Source of the DNA: Felis catus
Taxonomy: Eukaryota
Direction: 5' to 3'
DNA: 64,000 nt
Assembly: GCF_018350175.1 (NCBI RefSeq)
Contig: NC_058369.1
Coordinates: 7,132,001 to 7,196,000, forward strand
Shown here: positions 27,400 to 39,221 of the stretch, piece by piece
Layout of the letters: each line of letters opens with the position of its first letter
Numbering within the stretch: the stretch's first letter is position 1
The notes under the pieces: generated by a model
The model's input: only the letters and a program-made list of their open reading frames with translations
What the model was told of the DNA's origin: nothing
The model's database searches: none
Program-made: the position numbers and the translations under genes

Positions 27400-28300
27400 A
27401 GAGATGGGAACGGAGTTGAAGGAAATGTCACCACCCCGTGCTCACCGAACACGCTGAAATCCAGACCAACGTACAGACGAGGTGGAGGCGCTCGTCCCCG
27501 TAACCCGAATGGCAGGGATGCTTTTACTTTCTGAGAAGACACCAAAAGATGCTTTGGAAGGCCGATTAAATACGAAGGTGGTTCTCTAACTCTAACCTAC
27601 AGCCGACTCACCCCGGCTGCTGGACGCAGCCCAGAGCTCCGGATTCAGTGAGTTCGGGACGAACGGCGGCGTGCCGCTGGGTTCCAGCGGGGATAGGAGG
27701 CACGGCCGAGAGGCCGTCCTGTAAATGCCGACCTCTCCGCCTCCAGCGGGTCGGACCTGGCGCTGGCCAGGGGCAGCCGGGGAAGGACACGAACGGAGGT
27801 AATTAACTACCTCAGACTCCAGACGGGGCCCGAAGAGATATGGCCGCCAGCTCGCGCAGGCGCACGAGTCCACTTCTGCTTCCGGTTTCTGGGCCTCGCA
27901 CAGCGTAAGGGGCGGAGCCTCGGTAGCTGAGCCGTAAGATTACGAGGGGTGGTCGGGCGGGAGGCGTCTCTTTCTGGCCTCGAGTGGAAAAGAAATGCTA
28001 GTTTTCTTCTGGGGAGAGAGGCGGTTGGGCCGTGGGGGCGAATCAGCGCAGGAATTGGAATTGGACGGGACTGGGGGGACATCAGGTCCGTGGCGGGGTT
28101 TGGTTGACGAGGACTGTGGGGCGGAGCTGGGTCGAGACAACGCCTAGGGGCGTGGCTTAGTTGACTATTCCGAAGGGCACGGTTTACGGTGAGACCAGGT
28201 GGAAGGGCGAGACTTGGTTGGCAATTCTTGGGGAGCTGAGGTCTAGGGGGCGGGGCTGCGGGGATGGGGTTAGGGGCTCCCATTCAGGCTCCGAAGCCAG
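27400..28300 (-). promoter_or_regulatory. ZNF699: CpG-island promoter and non-coding first exon(s) of ZNF699
   Basis: GC- and CpG-rich, with GC boxes, ETS CCGGAAG, NRF1-like GCGCCTGCGC and YY1-like GGCGGCCAT. Candidate donors GAG|gtagtt (27811) and GGG|gtgagt (27612). Confidence 0.85.
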
Positions 28301-28915
28301 ACATCTGGATGCTCAATTGCGTTTTTTTGAATTTATACCCTTCTCCACTTTGTTATGCACAGGACACGATAGTTATAACTTTAACCCTATACCACTTCCT
28401 AAGATCTCCCTTCCATTAATTCAGTCCTTTCTTAGGTCTTTAGTTTTCCCTTTCATTGTTTTATTGATTACTGCTCTTGTAGAGAAAGGCTATTGATAAT
28501 TGTTTATGCAAGTCCAGTTACCTGGAAACCTGGCTCTCCTCTAATAGTTGTCATTACGTTATTTGATTTTCCGTATAAATACAATTTTCTGTCCCTGTTT
28601 TTTTCTTGTTCTAATACTACCTCGTTTCTTTGTGCAGGACCTCTCAAACTGTTGTAAAGTCAGAAAGAAATCAAGCATTCTTGTCTTGGTCGGTAATGAT
28701 TATCAAGGATGCTAGGTAAGCTATTTGCTGTAGATTGTGTTTGTTTGTTTGTTTTTTTACACGCTTATGCATCGAGATGTATTCATTCATCCATCATTCT
28801 ATTTAAAATAGATTTTACATAAAATTGACAAATTTTGAAACTTACAACAAACTGAAGCTGTGAAAAGAAGTTGAAGAGCTACATAGTCCTGAATCTATTA
28901 AAGGAAGTATATTTA

Positions 28916-29426
28916 CAGTTTCCCTTGACTTTACAATGGGGCTATGCCCTGACAAACCCATCCCAGGTAGAAAATACCATTAAGTCTAGAATGCATTTAA
29001 TACACCTAACCTAGCTAACATCATAGCTTAGCCTAGCCTACTTGGAGCATGCCTAGAATACCTACATTAGCCTACAGTTGGGCAAAATTATCTAACACAA
29101 AGCTTATTTTATCTTTTATAAAGTGTTAAGTATCTCATGCAATTTATTAAGCAGTGTACTGAACTTGAAAAACAGAAAGGGTATATGGACATAGAATGGT
29201 TTTAAGTGTACTGGTGGTTTATTCTCATGATCTCATGGCTGACTGGGGTTGCAGCTGGCTACCCCCCGCCCAGCATCAAAAGAGAGTATCATACCACCTA
29301 TCAGTAGCCTGGGATGTGATCAAAATTAAAAATTCAAAGTATGGTTTCTACTGAATGCATATTACTTTCACACCATCATAAAGTCAAAAAACTTTAAATC
29401 TAACATCTTAAGCCAGGAACCATCTG
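28916..29426. mobile_element. Tigger5/MER47-like DNA transposon
   Basis: TA|CAG...CTG|TA ends; internal sequence matches recalled MER47 (atgcatttaatacacctaacc, cctacagttgggcaaaat). Confidence 0.8.
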
Positions 29427-29428
29427 TA

Positions 29429-29556
29429 TCCCTGCTGGATTCTGTGGTTCAGGTTGTGCAGATCGTTGTGTTAATCCTCAGATCAGTTTTCTAGGTGTGC
29501 AGGATGGTTTAGTATTGGTCTGGCTGTATTTCATGGACATGAGACACAAAAAACTC
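29429..29556 (-). mobile_element. Isolated L1 5'UTR fragment
   Basis: Its reverse complement aligns to 5090-5215 of the full-length L1 in this window. Confidence 0.85.
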
Positions 29557-30002
29557 AGATTGTGTTCTTTATGTTTTGTGTCTTTAAGTTAATGAAGTAC
29601 CTTTTAAAATCTGGTTTATGAAGATGTATTATCAGTTTTTGATCAATGTAATCAAATGTTCATGCATCTATTAACTGATAACATAACTTTGCTTCTTTAA
29701 CTTTATGATGTCATATCTGTATACAATATTTAATTTTACATAACCCAATAGTCTATACTTTCGAGTCTATACTTTTTTGTTTAATGTTTATTTATTTTTT
29801 GAGAGAGACAGAGTACAAGTGGGGAGGGGCAGGGAGAGAGGGAGACCCAGAATCTGAAGCAGGCTCCAGGCTCTGAGCCCTGACTTGGGGCTCAAACCCA
29901 CAACCGTGAGATCATGACCAGAGCCAAAGTCAGATGTTTAACTGACTGAGCCACTCAGGCGCCCCGAGTCTATACTTTTTTTTTTTTTAATGTTTATTTA
30001 AT

Positions 30003-30042
<40 letters not shown>

Positions 30043-30048
<6 letters not shown>

Positions 30049-30648
30049 GTAAGGAGGAAGCATAAGGCAAGCTGACAGGCTGCAAACACCCCAGGTAGGA
30101 TATGTGTGATATTCCTCCCACACTCCTGGCTGCCCAAGAACAAAGGAAAAGGAAAAACAAATGGTTATCTGATAGAGATCATAGTCCTGCAGGACCTAAG
30201 TCTCCATCACTCCTCCATAGTAAAGTGGTAAACAAAGGCAGAAGGAAATGACAGAAATAAATTTCCCTATAACCTCCAGCCCATTGACAAATACTTGAGG
30301 CCGGCACATTAAAATGTTTCTACAGGAACTCCTTATGGTCTTAATGCTAATGCTTTGCTAGAGGGAAAAACAACCCTAGCTTGACAATGGCTGGGCCTCC
30401 ACTATTCTGTGTGTCTTCTTTAGCATATGAAAATCTCACTGAAAACTTCCCCTGGACTTTACCTCCCCCAACCCCATAGTATATAACCAGTCTCTCCTCA
30501 TGGTCCCTGGGCAGCTCTTCCTGCCCATGGGTCCTGTCCCCATGTTTCAATAAAATCACCTTTTTGCACCAAAAACGTCTTCAAAATTTCTTTCTTGGTC
30601 GTCAAACCTGGACCCCACAAGCCCCACTATCACCCCCAAAAAACCTCA
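30043..30648 (+). mobile_element. Solo ERV LTR inserted in a minus-strand SINE
   Basis: TGAG...CTCA termini, TATA-like gtatataa at about 30480, AATAAA at 30549 and a near-TSD agaa/tgaa. The SINE halves lie on either side. Confidence 0.8.
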
Positions 30649-30833
30649 TGAAGCAGGAGAGGGCAGAGAGAAAGCGAGAATCCCAAGCAGGCTCCTCTCT
30701 GACAGTGCAGAGCCTGATGTAGGGCTCAAACTCATGAACTGTGAGATCATGACCTGAGCCAAAATCAGGAATCTGACGCTTAACCTACTGAGCCACTCAG
30801 GCACCCAAGCCTATACTTTTTAAAGAATGTTTT

Positions 30834-31060
30834 GGGGCGTCTGGGTGGTGCAGTCGGTTAAGCGTCCGACTTCAGCCAGGTCACGATCCCGCGGTCCGTG
30901 AGTTCGAGTCCCGCGTCAGGCTCTGGGCTGATGGCTCAGAGCCTGGAGCCTGTTTCCGATTCTGTGTCTCCCTCTCTCTCTGCCCCTCCCCCGTTCATGC
31001 TCTGTCTCTCTCTGTCCCAAAAATAAATAAACGTTGAAAAAAAAATTTTTTTTAAAAAAA
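30834..31060 (+). mobile_element. Young felid CanSINE
   Basis: TSD aaagaatgtttt. Confidence 0.9.
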
Positions 31061-31792
31061 GAATGTTTTCTGGGTTTCCTAGGTTGCTTTTTTTTTTTTT
31101 TTTTTTTTAAGCAGGGGAGCCTTGAACTCACAACCCTGAGATCAAGACCTGAGCTGAGATCAAGAGTCAGAGGCTTAACCAACTGGCCCACCCAGGTGCC
31201 CCTCCTAGCTTGCTTTTAAATCTTCCTAAACTCTAGAGTATAAAAGTCATTTTCCTAATTTTCTTCCACATTTTATTATTTTTAAAACTTCTAAATGTTT
31301 ACTCCTCAAGGAATGCGTTTTAGTGTGTAGTGTGAGATAAAGGTCTGTTATGCTAATAAGCCACTCTGTGTATTGGCCTTTGGGTTGTTTATTTCTTCAC
31401 TATAGGCTGTGACCCATTAACTCAAAAGCCCTCTGGGGCCAAACTCAAACTTTTGCATATCCAACTTTTAAAATAGCCCAACAAGCATATTTTTAGCCAT
31501 TCAGAGCCTCCCTGCTTTGGACACTGTGAAAATGTCACCCAGCATCTACTGAACACTGATAAGACATAGAGCCTAGTAAAACACCAAGCTGCTGTGGCCT
31601 TTCAGAGCTCTCTGACTCCTCCATTGTGCTGAGCAAAGTCACCTAGACAGTAAGACCACTCCCAGATGCCCTTTTCCCCCAGGGGTTCCCTTGCCCTCCT
31701 CCCCTTCTGGATGGTGGCTTCTGTGCCCTAAGCCTTTGGATGGTCTCATGTTGGGACTTCCCCTGTCACACAACCCTGTCCAAGAGCCACCC

Positions 31793-31971
31793 TGTTGAAG
31801 GAAAAACAGTGGTGGACTTAAAGTGGTAAAACCAATTTTATTCAGCACTATCACAACAGGGGAAAAGAGACCTTAGTATAAAAGCAGGTTCAAATCCAAG
31901 TATCTTATGGGTAAATGAGAATTTATAGGCAAGAGGTACGGTGGAGGTCAATGGATGGTAAATCTTTGTCA
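31793..31971 (-). mobile_element. Internally deleted MER31-like LTR
   Basis: TG...CA ends, ACCC TSD on both sides, and a tgacaaaga start on the minus strand. Confidence 0.65.
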
Positions 31972-33085
31972 ACCCAGTAAAGGTCATTGGATTTTCTACC
32001 TCTTGTGGTCCTGTCTTCTCCCTAGATCAGTCCTCAGATCTCTCAAATTCCCTACAGGTGATCAGGATGCGACTAAGGTAATCAGGAAATAGATAATAGG
32101 GACCACCAGTCAACAGGACAATCGATTGACAAAACTACTGGACAGTTTCAAGTGGTTGAAACTCTAAAATACCTGTGTAAAATACCTGGGGCGCTCAGTC
32201 AGTTAAGTGTCCAACTTAGCTCAGGTCATGATCTCATGATTCATGAGTTACAGCCCCGTGTCAGGCTCTGTGCTGACGGCTCAGTGCCTGGAGCCTGCTT
32301 TGGATTCTGTGTCTCCCTCTCTCTCTGCCCCTCCCCCACTCGTGCTCTCCCTCTCAAAAATAAAAACATTTTTAAACATTTATAAATATAAATAAATAAA
32401 ATGGAGTCCCTTCAGCTTCCCTACCTCATAGGTATTTGAGTGAACATCACTGGAACTGACTTTTGGGGTCAGAGGTGCAGCAGCTTGGGGAGAGAGGTAA
32501 GCCTGCCTGCTTGGTCCCCCACTAAGCAGCTCTAGACCCTGTAAGACTTACGGGCCCAAGCAGGAAAAGGGGAGAAGTGCCTAAATCTGGACCAAGGGTG
32601 GGCTGCCTCTGACCCCATCATGGGCTGTAGTGAGAGGAGGTCCCCATGGCCAACTGGTGTTTTGGGATACTCTGAGACTAGACAAGTCCCTAGGAATTGC
32701 TACAACAGGTTCATAAGCCCATAAGGCAGGGATGGCAGGTCTCCTAAGCACAGTTGGGGGAGGTCCCTTTGTCCACAGCCAGCAGGCTTTAGCTGTGGTC
32801 CCACTCAGATCTACTGTCTAGGATGGCATTCCAGCCCCTCCCCAGAGGGCCATTGAGACCCCCAACTCTTGGGCCCAGCCAGCCAAAACATTAAAGTAAC
32901 TAAAGTCAAAGAAGTTTATATCTTTGCCTTTCCCAGGAGCCCAAAGAAGGTGGCTGTTTTACTGAAAAAATGTTCTGAACCATGAGATGGGTGTTGCGTC
33001 CTGCTTACCACAACTTCATACCACCCAGAGGAGGAGAGAGCCCAAGCTCCTGGGGGAGATGAGACAGGACAGAGTGAAGGATCCT

Positions 33086-33111
33086 GGGGGGGGGGGGGGG
33101 GGGGGGGGGGG
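33086..33111. repeat. G26 homopolymer (also G17 at 634-650 and a T34 run at 38957-38990)
   Basis: Direct reading. Confidence 0.95.
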
Positions 33112-34351
33112 AATGACTGACATTCTCTGCTAGAAAAAAAATGCAGTGTCACCACTGTAAGAACGAAGACATTTTATCCTCCACTTTGCCAGTGACCATC
33201 CAAAAACTTGTAAAAGACCAAAAGGCAAAAGGGGACGGCAAAAAAAAAAAAAAAAAAAAAAGGGTTGACTCTTGGAGGAAGTAATACAAATCATCTCTTT
33301 CCTTAAGGGCCTAACCCTTTCCCCAGCCCCAGGAAATGAATACTTTGGGAGGAGGATTAACAAAAAGGGCAGGAACCAGCTTAACTGTTAAAATCGGGCA
33401 CTTCGGCTACAAGATTCTGTCCTGGGTGTTCCAGACAATCACCTTTTCCCATGATTAGAATGGGACCTGCTGAGCCACCCTCATGAAATGAGCCTAAAGC
33501 TTTTTGCTGTTGGTGGGCACCAGCTGTTAAGAACCAGTTAACCAGTGGAGGTTGGTGGTCAATATGCTGCAATAATTACTGGCCAAGCAAAGGCTCTGAA
33601 AGGGTATAGATTCCTGCCATTTCACCTTTTAATTCCCTGGTCGGCCTGTGCTTAGAGCCACTAAGCATCAATGAGGCTGACTGTAGACTATAATTAAACA
33701 TGATTATTCCCTTCATTAGAGCACCCCTCCCAGATATCACCGCCTAGATGGATGACATTTGATTTGAAGTTCTACATTTGGCTAAAATGTTCTGTTGTGT
33801 AAAAGTTTCACAGGAGAGACAGGCAAGTACCCGGGAAGTAGAACTCATGCCTTCAGACTACACAGATAGCATCATTTTGGCATACTCCCCGGGGGCAGGG
33901 TGGGGAGGTTCCTCTACTGGCGGACACAAAGACCATCAACTTTAACCTGTACTCTTTGTGCCACTTCCCCGTAGCTGAAGAGCCCAACCTAGACTGTGAC
34001 CAAGCAGTTTTACGTTCTGCACTTCTGTTCTGAATGGGGCAAGGCAAAAAACTCCCTTACCTCCTCAGAACCTAAAAGGCAATGAGAAATTGTCCTCTGA
34101 CAGTTTCCCAGGGGAGGTAAGTGGGAGGTGGCCTCATAGTAGCTCCTTACTTCCAGGCCTCCCATCCCTCACGTTCTGGGAAGATCACAGGGCTTTCTGC
34201 CGACACTCACATTTGCCACAGTCAGGCCCTTTGCCTGCATGGCCTAAGTGGATAGATACAAAGTCTCAAGGGCACTGTGGCAGAGCCATTTCTCTACAAC
34301 TCTGGCCCCTGATTTTTCGTGTATCTAGCCAAGAATTCTTTGTAGATGCTT

Positions 34352-34824
34352 TGTGCGGTAGGCAGAATAATGCCCCTGCCAAAGATGTCCATGAACCTGT
34401 GAATATATTCCTTTGTATGCCAAAGGGGACTATGCAGGTGTGGCTAAATTAAGGTTCTTGAGATGGGGGGGGCACCCCAGGTTATTAAGGTGGGCTGAGT
34501 GTAATCACAGGGACCTTTCTAAGCAAAAGTGGGAGGCAGTAGGGTCAGAGTCAGAGGAAGAGATGTGAGAATGGAAGCAGTGATCAGAGTGATGTATGGC
34601 CACAAGCCAGGGAATGGAGACAGCCTCTGGATGCTGGAAAGGCAAGGAAATGAATTCTCCCCTACAGCCTCCAGAAAAAACACAGCCTGTGGATACCCTG
34701 AATGTAGCCCAGTGAGACCCATTTCAGATGCCTGACCTTCACAATTATGAGACCGTACATTTGTTTTGTTTTAAGCTACTAAGTTTCTGGTAACTTGTTA
34801 CAGCAGCAAGAGGAGACTAACACA
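34352..34824 (+). mobile_element. MLT1 (MaLR) LTR
   Basis: ggtaggcagaataatgccc ... ttgttacagcagcaagaggagactaacaca. Confidence 0.8.
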
Positions 34825-36023
34825 GATATTGTAATTAACTGTAGCCATAGGGGCTTATACCAAATTGATTCTGTTCTTTTAGGGAACTTCAGACAAGACT
34901 GGCCAGGACCATGACTCCCAGCAGGGTAATGAGGGGGACATGGCTTCAGCTAGGCTCCCCATGCAGACCCAAGCCAATTAAATCAGTAAGCCGGGTGCAG
35001 CAACATGTGTCAGCAGCGAAACATACCCTGCTTCAGCTGGCCAGCAGGAGGTCCAGGGTAACACAGTTGTTCATTACCACTCACATTAGAGTGTTTAGAA
35101 CATTGTCATCACCTGTGGGAAATGTACAAAATAAGCCAATAATAATAGGATGAGGCCAAAGGGAATCATATAGTGTCCAGAAAGTTAATTTTGTGCTGTT
35201 AATTCAAGTTCAATACCAAGGGAACTGCTTATCCCTGGAGGTTCTTTGAAGTGTCTAAATGTCTTCATTTCAGAGGTTATCTTGAGGCACAGAAAGTTTA
35301 TGGATTGACACCTTGTTAAAGTTCATTACAATTCAGCATCCTCATTTTGCTGCAGTTAAACTCACATTTTCCTGTTTCCAGAAATCCTGGAGACCAAAAC
35401 ATTGGCCGGATCTCATAAAGATTTGTTTCCCTACAGAGTTTCTGCTTGGGATGTTGAAAAATTTATGGAGATGGACAGTGGGGATCGTCGGACAACTTTC
35501 TAAATGTACTGAATGCCACTGAGTTGTACACTTAAAGACGGCTAAAGCGGTTAATTTTATGTATATTTTACTGCATTTTAAAAACGTTTGTTGTCCTTCA
35601 CAGTCTTATCTCATTGTGTGCATTTTTCTCTGACCGGTGTGTTGGCTACACACACTCTTTCTGATCTCCCAAGTAGGAGAAAAGGGAGGAGCTGGGGACA
35701 GTGTACGAAGGTTTTTTGGGGAATAGCAGAGAATTGTAATTTGGGACAAGCAACCTACAGCAAAAACCATAGGCTAGTCCAACAAAGAGGAGGAACATTA
35801 TTTTATGGAGCAGGAGAAAGTTGGGAGGGGTTGTTTCCAACGGGTCCATTGGAGAAAAGGAAGAGTTCAGGTTGATGATGGTTTCTCATTGGCTAAATTG
35901 CTGGAGTAGTCTATTTCTTGTAGGAGATGTACATCTGTTGGGGGCTGTAATTTCCTATTGCAGTTCTTCTTTTGGGGGTGCCTATAATTGATCATTCTTA
36001 CTGTGATTAAGGAGTGGTACCCT

Positions 36024-36258
36024 GGGGCGCCTGGGTGGCGCAGTCGGTTAAGCGGTTAAGCGTCCGACTTCAGCCAGGTCACAATCTCGCGGTCCGTGAG
36101 TTCGAGCCCCGCGTCGGGCTCTGGGCTGATGGCTCAGAGCCTGGAGCCTGTTTCCGATTCTGTGTCACCCTCTCTCTCTGCCTCTCCCCCGTTCATGCTC
36201 TGTCTCTCTCTGTCCCAAAAATAAATAAACGTTGAAAAAAAAATTAAAAAAAAAAAAA
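36024..36258 (+). mobile_element. Young felid CanSINE
   Basis: Perfect 15-bp TSD AAGGAGTGGTACCCT. Confidence 0.95.
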
Positions 36259-37099
36259 AGGAGTGGTACCCTGTGAGAGTTCCCCCTCTGGCCTCCTGAC
36301 TGCATTTTAGTAAGGTTCCTTTTCCCACAAGACAAAGTTTCTGAGAATAAATTACAATTCTGTCAGACCAGCAGGTTCACTACCTAGTCCATGACTTATC
36401 CCTGGGAAGCAAATCCCTGAAACCAAGAAAAATTACAGCCATTCAAAATTCCCTCCCCTTTCACTAAAAGATAGAGGATTCCTAAGACTTATTGTAGACC
36501 GTCCATTGCCAACTTAATGATTTATCTGCCTCCTTCTAGGAAATGACTAATGACACCCCTGAAGCTCTGCCATGGGAGGTCACTGTAGCCTTAGCCTTAA
36601 GGCCAACTCAAGGCTAATAATAGGGAGAACTCTCCCACTCTGGGTCTCCCAAATGATAAGCCGTTTCCTTTTAGTTGGTACCTGAAAGGGATGGCCAAGC
36701 TCTTAAAACTTTTTAACTCAAAATCATAATGGAAATCAGAGGCTCATTAGGCATAAGTTGCTCTCCTAACCCAGTAAAGAAGACATGTAGCTTCAGCCGC
36801 ACATCTAGACAAGCCATTTCATTTAAACTTAGGTCACCTCTTCACCTCCAGTGTAGTGTCAGCGACTTCAGACTGAGACGCTGTAGCGTTTCTCCCTCTT
36901 GCCTCAAGTGTAGTTTGCAGCTCCCTCCACAAACAGGAGGCTGAACTACATTGAAAAAAATGAATCACGCATAGTGCCCTAGGAAAAGGTCAAGTGCAGC
37001 TATGTAGCGATTGTATTCATGACCTCCGCGGGGAACGTGCAGGCACAGTTGTGCAATGAGGAGGACGGTTCACGTATGCACCAAAATTTGAAAGCAACT

Positions 37100-37900
37100 G
37101 TCATCCAGGTAAGACTGGTAAGAGCACCGCGCCGGCCCAGGACCACAACCCCACCTTCCGCTCCGGCTCCTTCCGAGCGGCTCCCCGCCTCCCGGCAGGA
37201 GGAAAACTGCCTCTCTCAGCTAGCGGGCGCGAGAAGAGGCGTCGGCGCGGCCCGCCCAGCTTCCGAGGCCCCGCCCCCCGCGCCGTTTGCGGAGACCGGA
37301 AAAGCGCGTGCGCGGGGCGGCGGCCATCTTGGCCGCGCGCCACTCCCGCGTCGGAGGGAGAGTCATTGCTTGTCGCCGCCCGGCCTCTGAGTGGATACGT
37401 GGGAAGGGGGGAACCCAAGAGAGAGGCGCGGAGTCCAAAGCCCCTTCCTCCGAGAGCCTGGGCCGGCTGGGCCCCCGAGGCGGGGAGCAGCCCCGGGGGA
37501 GGCGTGGGAGCCAGGCCTTTCCTGGTCGCGGCGACTCCGGCCCCGACGTCCCCGCCCCCCCAGCGTGGCGGTTGTGTCGCATCCTGGCGGGCACGCGGTG
37601 CTCTTGGCGTTGTCGGTTATCGACGTTAAACGCCTTGAGTGAGTGAATTCGCGTTAAGTTAGAAAACTCAGCGCGGCAGAGCCTTGCAAATGCCCGAAGC
37701 TTCGACTGTAGCAGTTAGAGCGCAAAGACGCGGGGGGCCGGTTGCCGTTAGCTGGAATTGAATTCACCCTAAGTAAGGGTGAAGTTTTGACAGGTAGGTT
37801 TTTCTTTCGGGTGTCCGTGTAGAAATTCTTCCTTAAAATCTGCAGCGCCACTATAACGAACATCCGTGGAACCTTCATCCACGTTCGCTAATCGTTAAGA
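37100..37900 (+). promoter_or_regulatory. CpG-island promoter of the ZNF559-like locus
   Basis: High CpG density with a GC box, ACCGGAA, GCGCGTGCGC and GGCGGCCATCTT (YY1). Candidate donors at about 37639 (gtgagt) and 37793 (cag|gtaggt). Confidence 0.85.
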
Positions 37901-38331
37901 TTTTATCTCTAGTCCTGTGTATTCTTAACGATGAGCCATTTAATGGTAAATTGCAGACATTCGCTTCACCTTTTAACCGTAAGCGTGCATCCTCTGAGAA
38001 TCAGGACAGTCTTCGAACATCAAAACTCCACTGTCCGTCCAAGAAAGTAGACTTTCTCCAGTTTTCCGAAAGTATCTGTTACAGTTGTCGGGGGTTTTGG
38101 AGCTAGAACCCGAACAAGATTGCAAAATGCACATTGCATTTTGCTTTAGCTCTCTCGTCCCTAAAACAGTTGCCTGCATTTAAAACTGAAATTAATTTTG
38201 GTTCTTGAAGGTTCCAGGAAGGTTATATCGTAAAATGTTGGCGTTCAGATACGATGTTGTTCTCTTATGGTTTTATTTAATTATCTAATTAACTTGACTG
38301 TTCCTTGTAAAGTGGTCGTTGGGTCTAGAGC

Positions 38332-38845
38332 CGTACTGTCTCCTAGAAATATAACGTGAGGTACAGATGTAATTTTTTATAATTCTTAATAGCCAAGTAA
38401 AAACTTTGTACCTGGGAAATCATTTCTAATATGTTTTATTTAACCCAATTTATCCAGCTATCAGTTTCAAATTAGTGGAATTAATGACAAATGCAGCTAA
38501 TAGGGAATTCTTAATGAGAAATTTTACGTTTCTTTTGTAATAAGTTGCTGGAATCTGGCGTGTATGCCGGATCTCCGTGTGGATGCTGAATTTTCATTGG
38601 GAATTCTTGATCTGTATTTAGCTTTTACTGTTCTACTGTTGAAAAAGGTCTCCAAACCGAGATTGTTGGAACATACTGAAAAGTGGTGGTTTTTTTTAAG
38701 TAACTGAATCAATTTTATTTCTAAAATTAATTAATTAAAAGTAAATAAAGTTGAGAATGTAGCTTCTTAGTCACACTAGCCACGTTACATGTTCATGGTA
38801 GCCACAGAGAACCCCCCAGTGGCTCCTGGGTTAGACGCAAGTTTA
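38332..38845. mobile_element. MER33/MER3-like hAT MITE
   Basis: tagaaatataacgtgag ... cacactagccacgttacatgttcatggtagccac. Confidence 0.5.
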
Positions 38846-38956
38846 GACACTGGAATGTTTCTGTGTACTTTGTATTGTATTCCATTCAGGAAGCACGTCC
38901 CATTAGGAGGGATGAGAAGCATTTAGTTAAGGTGCCCTTCTGTCTCATATAGGCAC

Positions 38957-38991
<35 letters not shown>

Positions 38992-39221
38992 GTAATCCTT
39001 GGGTGATACTTGGCAACAGAGGGATATTCTGTTCCCCAACAGCCTTTCATCTAAGGGTTTCAACATCACTTGTCAATCTTTGCCTCAACCTATTTTTACA
39101 TAGTGGGCTTGGGGGGGGGGGGTTACAAAGTGATGTTTTTGCTAATTGTGTCAATCCTTCTCCATTCTTTAGCTGAGCAGCTTTCCTTCCCCACTTCCCC
39201 TGCCCTCTATACTTTTTTTTC

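Larger units (their letters stand above)
31346..36700 (+). mobile_element. Decayed ERV-L-type provirus (5' LTR about 31346-32056 plus internal region), with later insertions
   Basis: RT-like peptides IPAISPFNSLV, RLTVDYN (33674) and LAKMFCCVKVSQERQ (33778), and an LTR-like 5' block ending ccctaca. The right boundary is uncertain. Confidence 0.6.

Noticed and set aside
33086..33111. Poly-G runs as functional G-quadruplexes
   Set aside because: Simple homopolymers in repeat-derived or unannotated DNA, with length unreliable in assemblies; no functional context.
37019..37646. Several overlapping 80-124 aa ORFs in the CpG islands (also 27592-28496) and L1 5'UTR (5046-5949)
   Set aside because: Expected from stop-codon scarcity in GC-rich DNA; no domain-like content.
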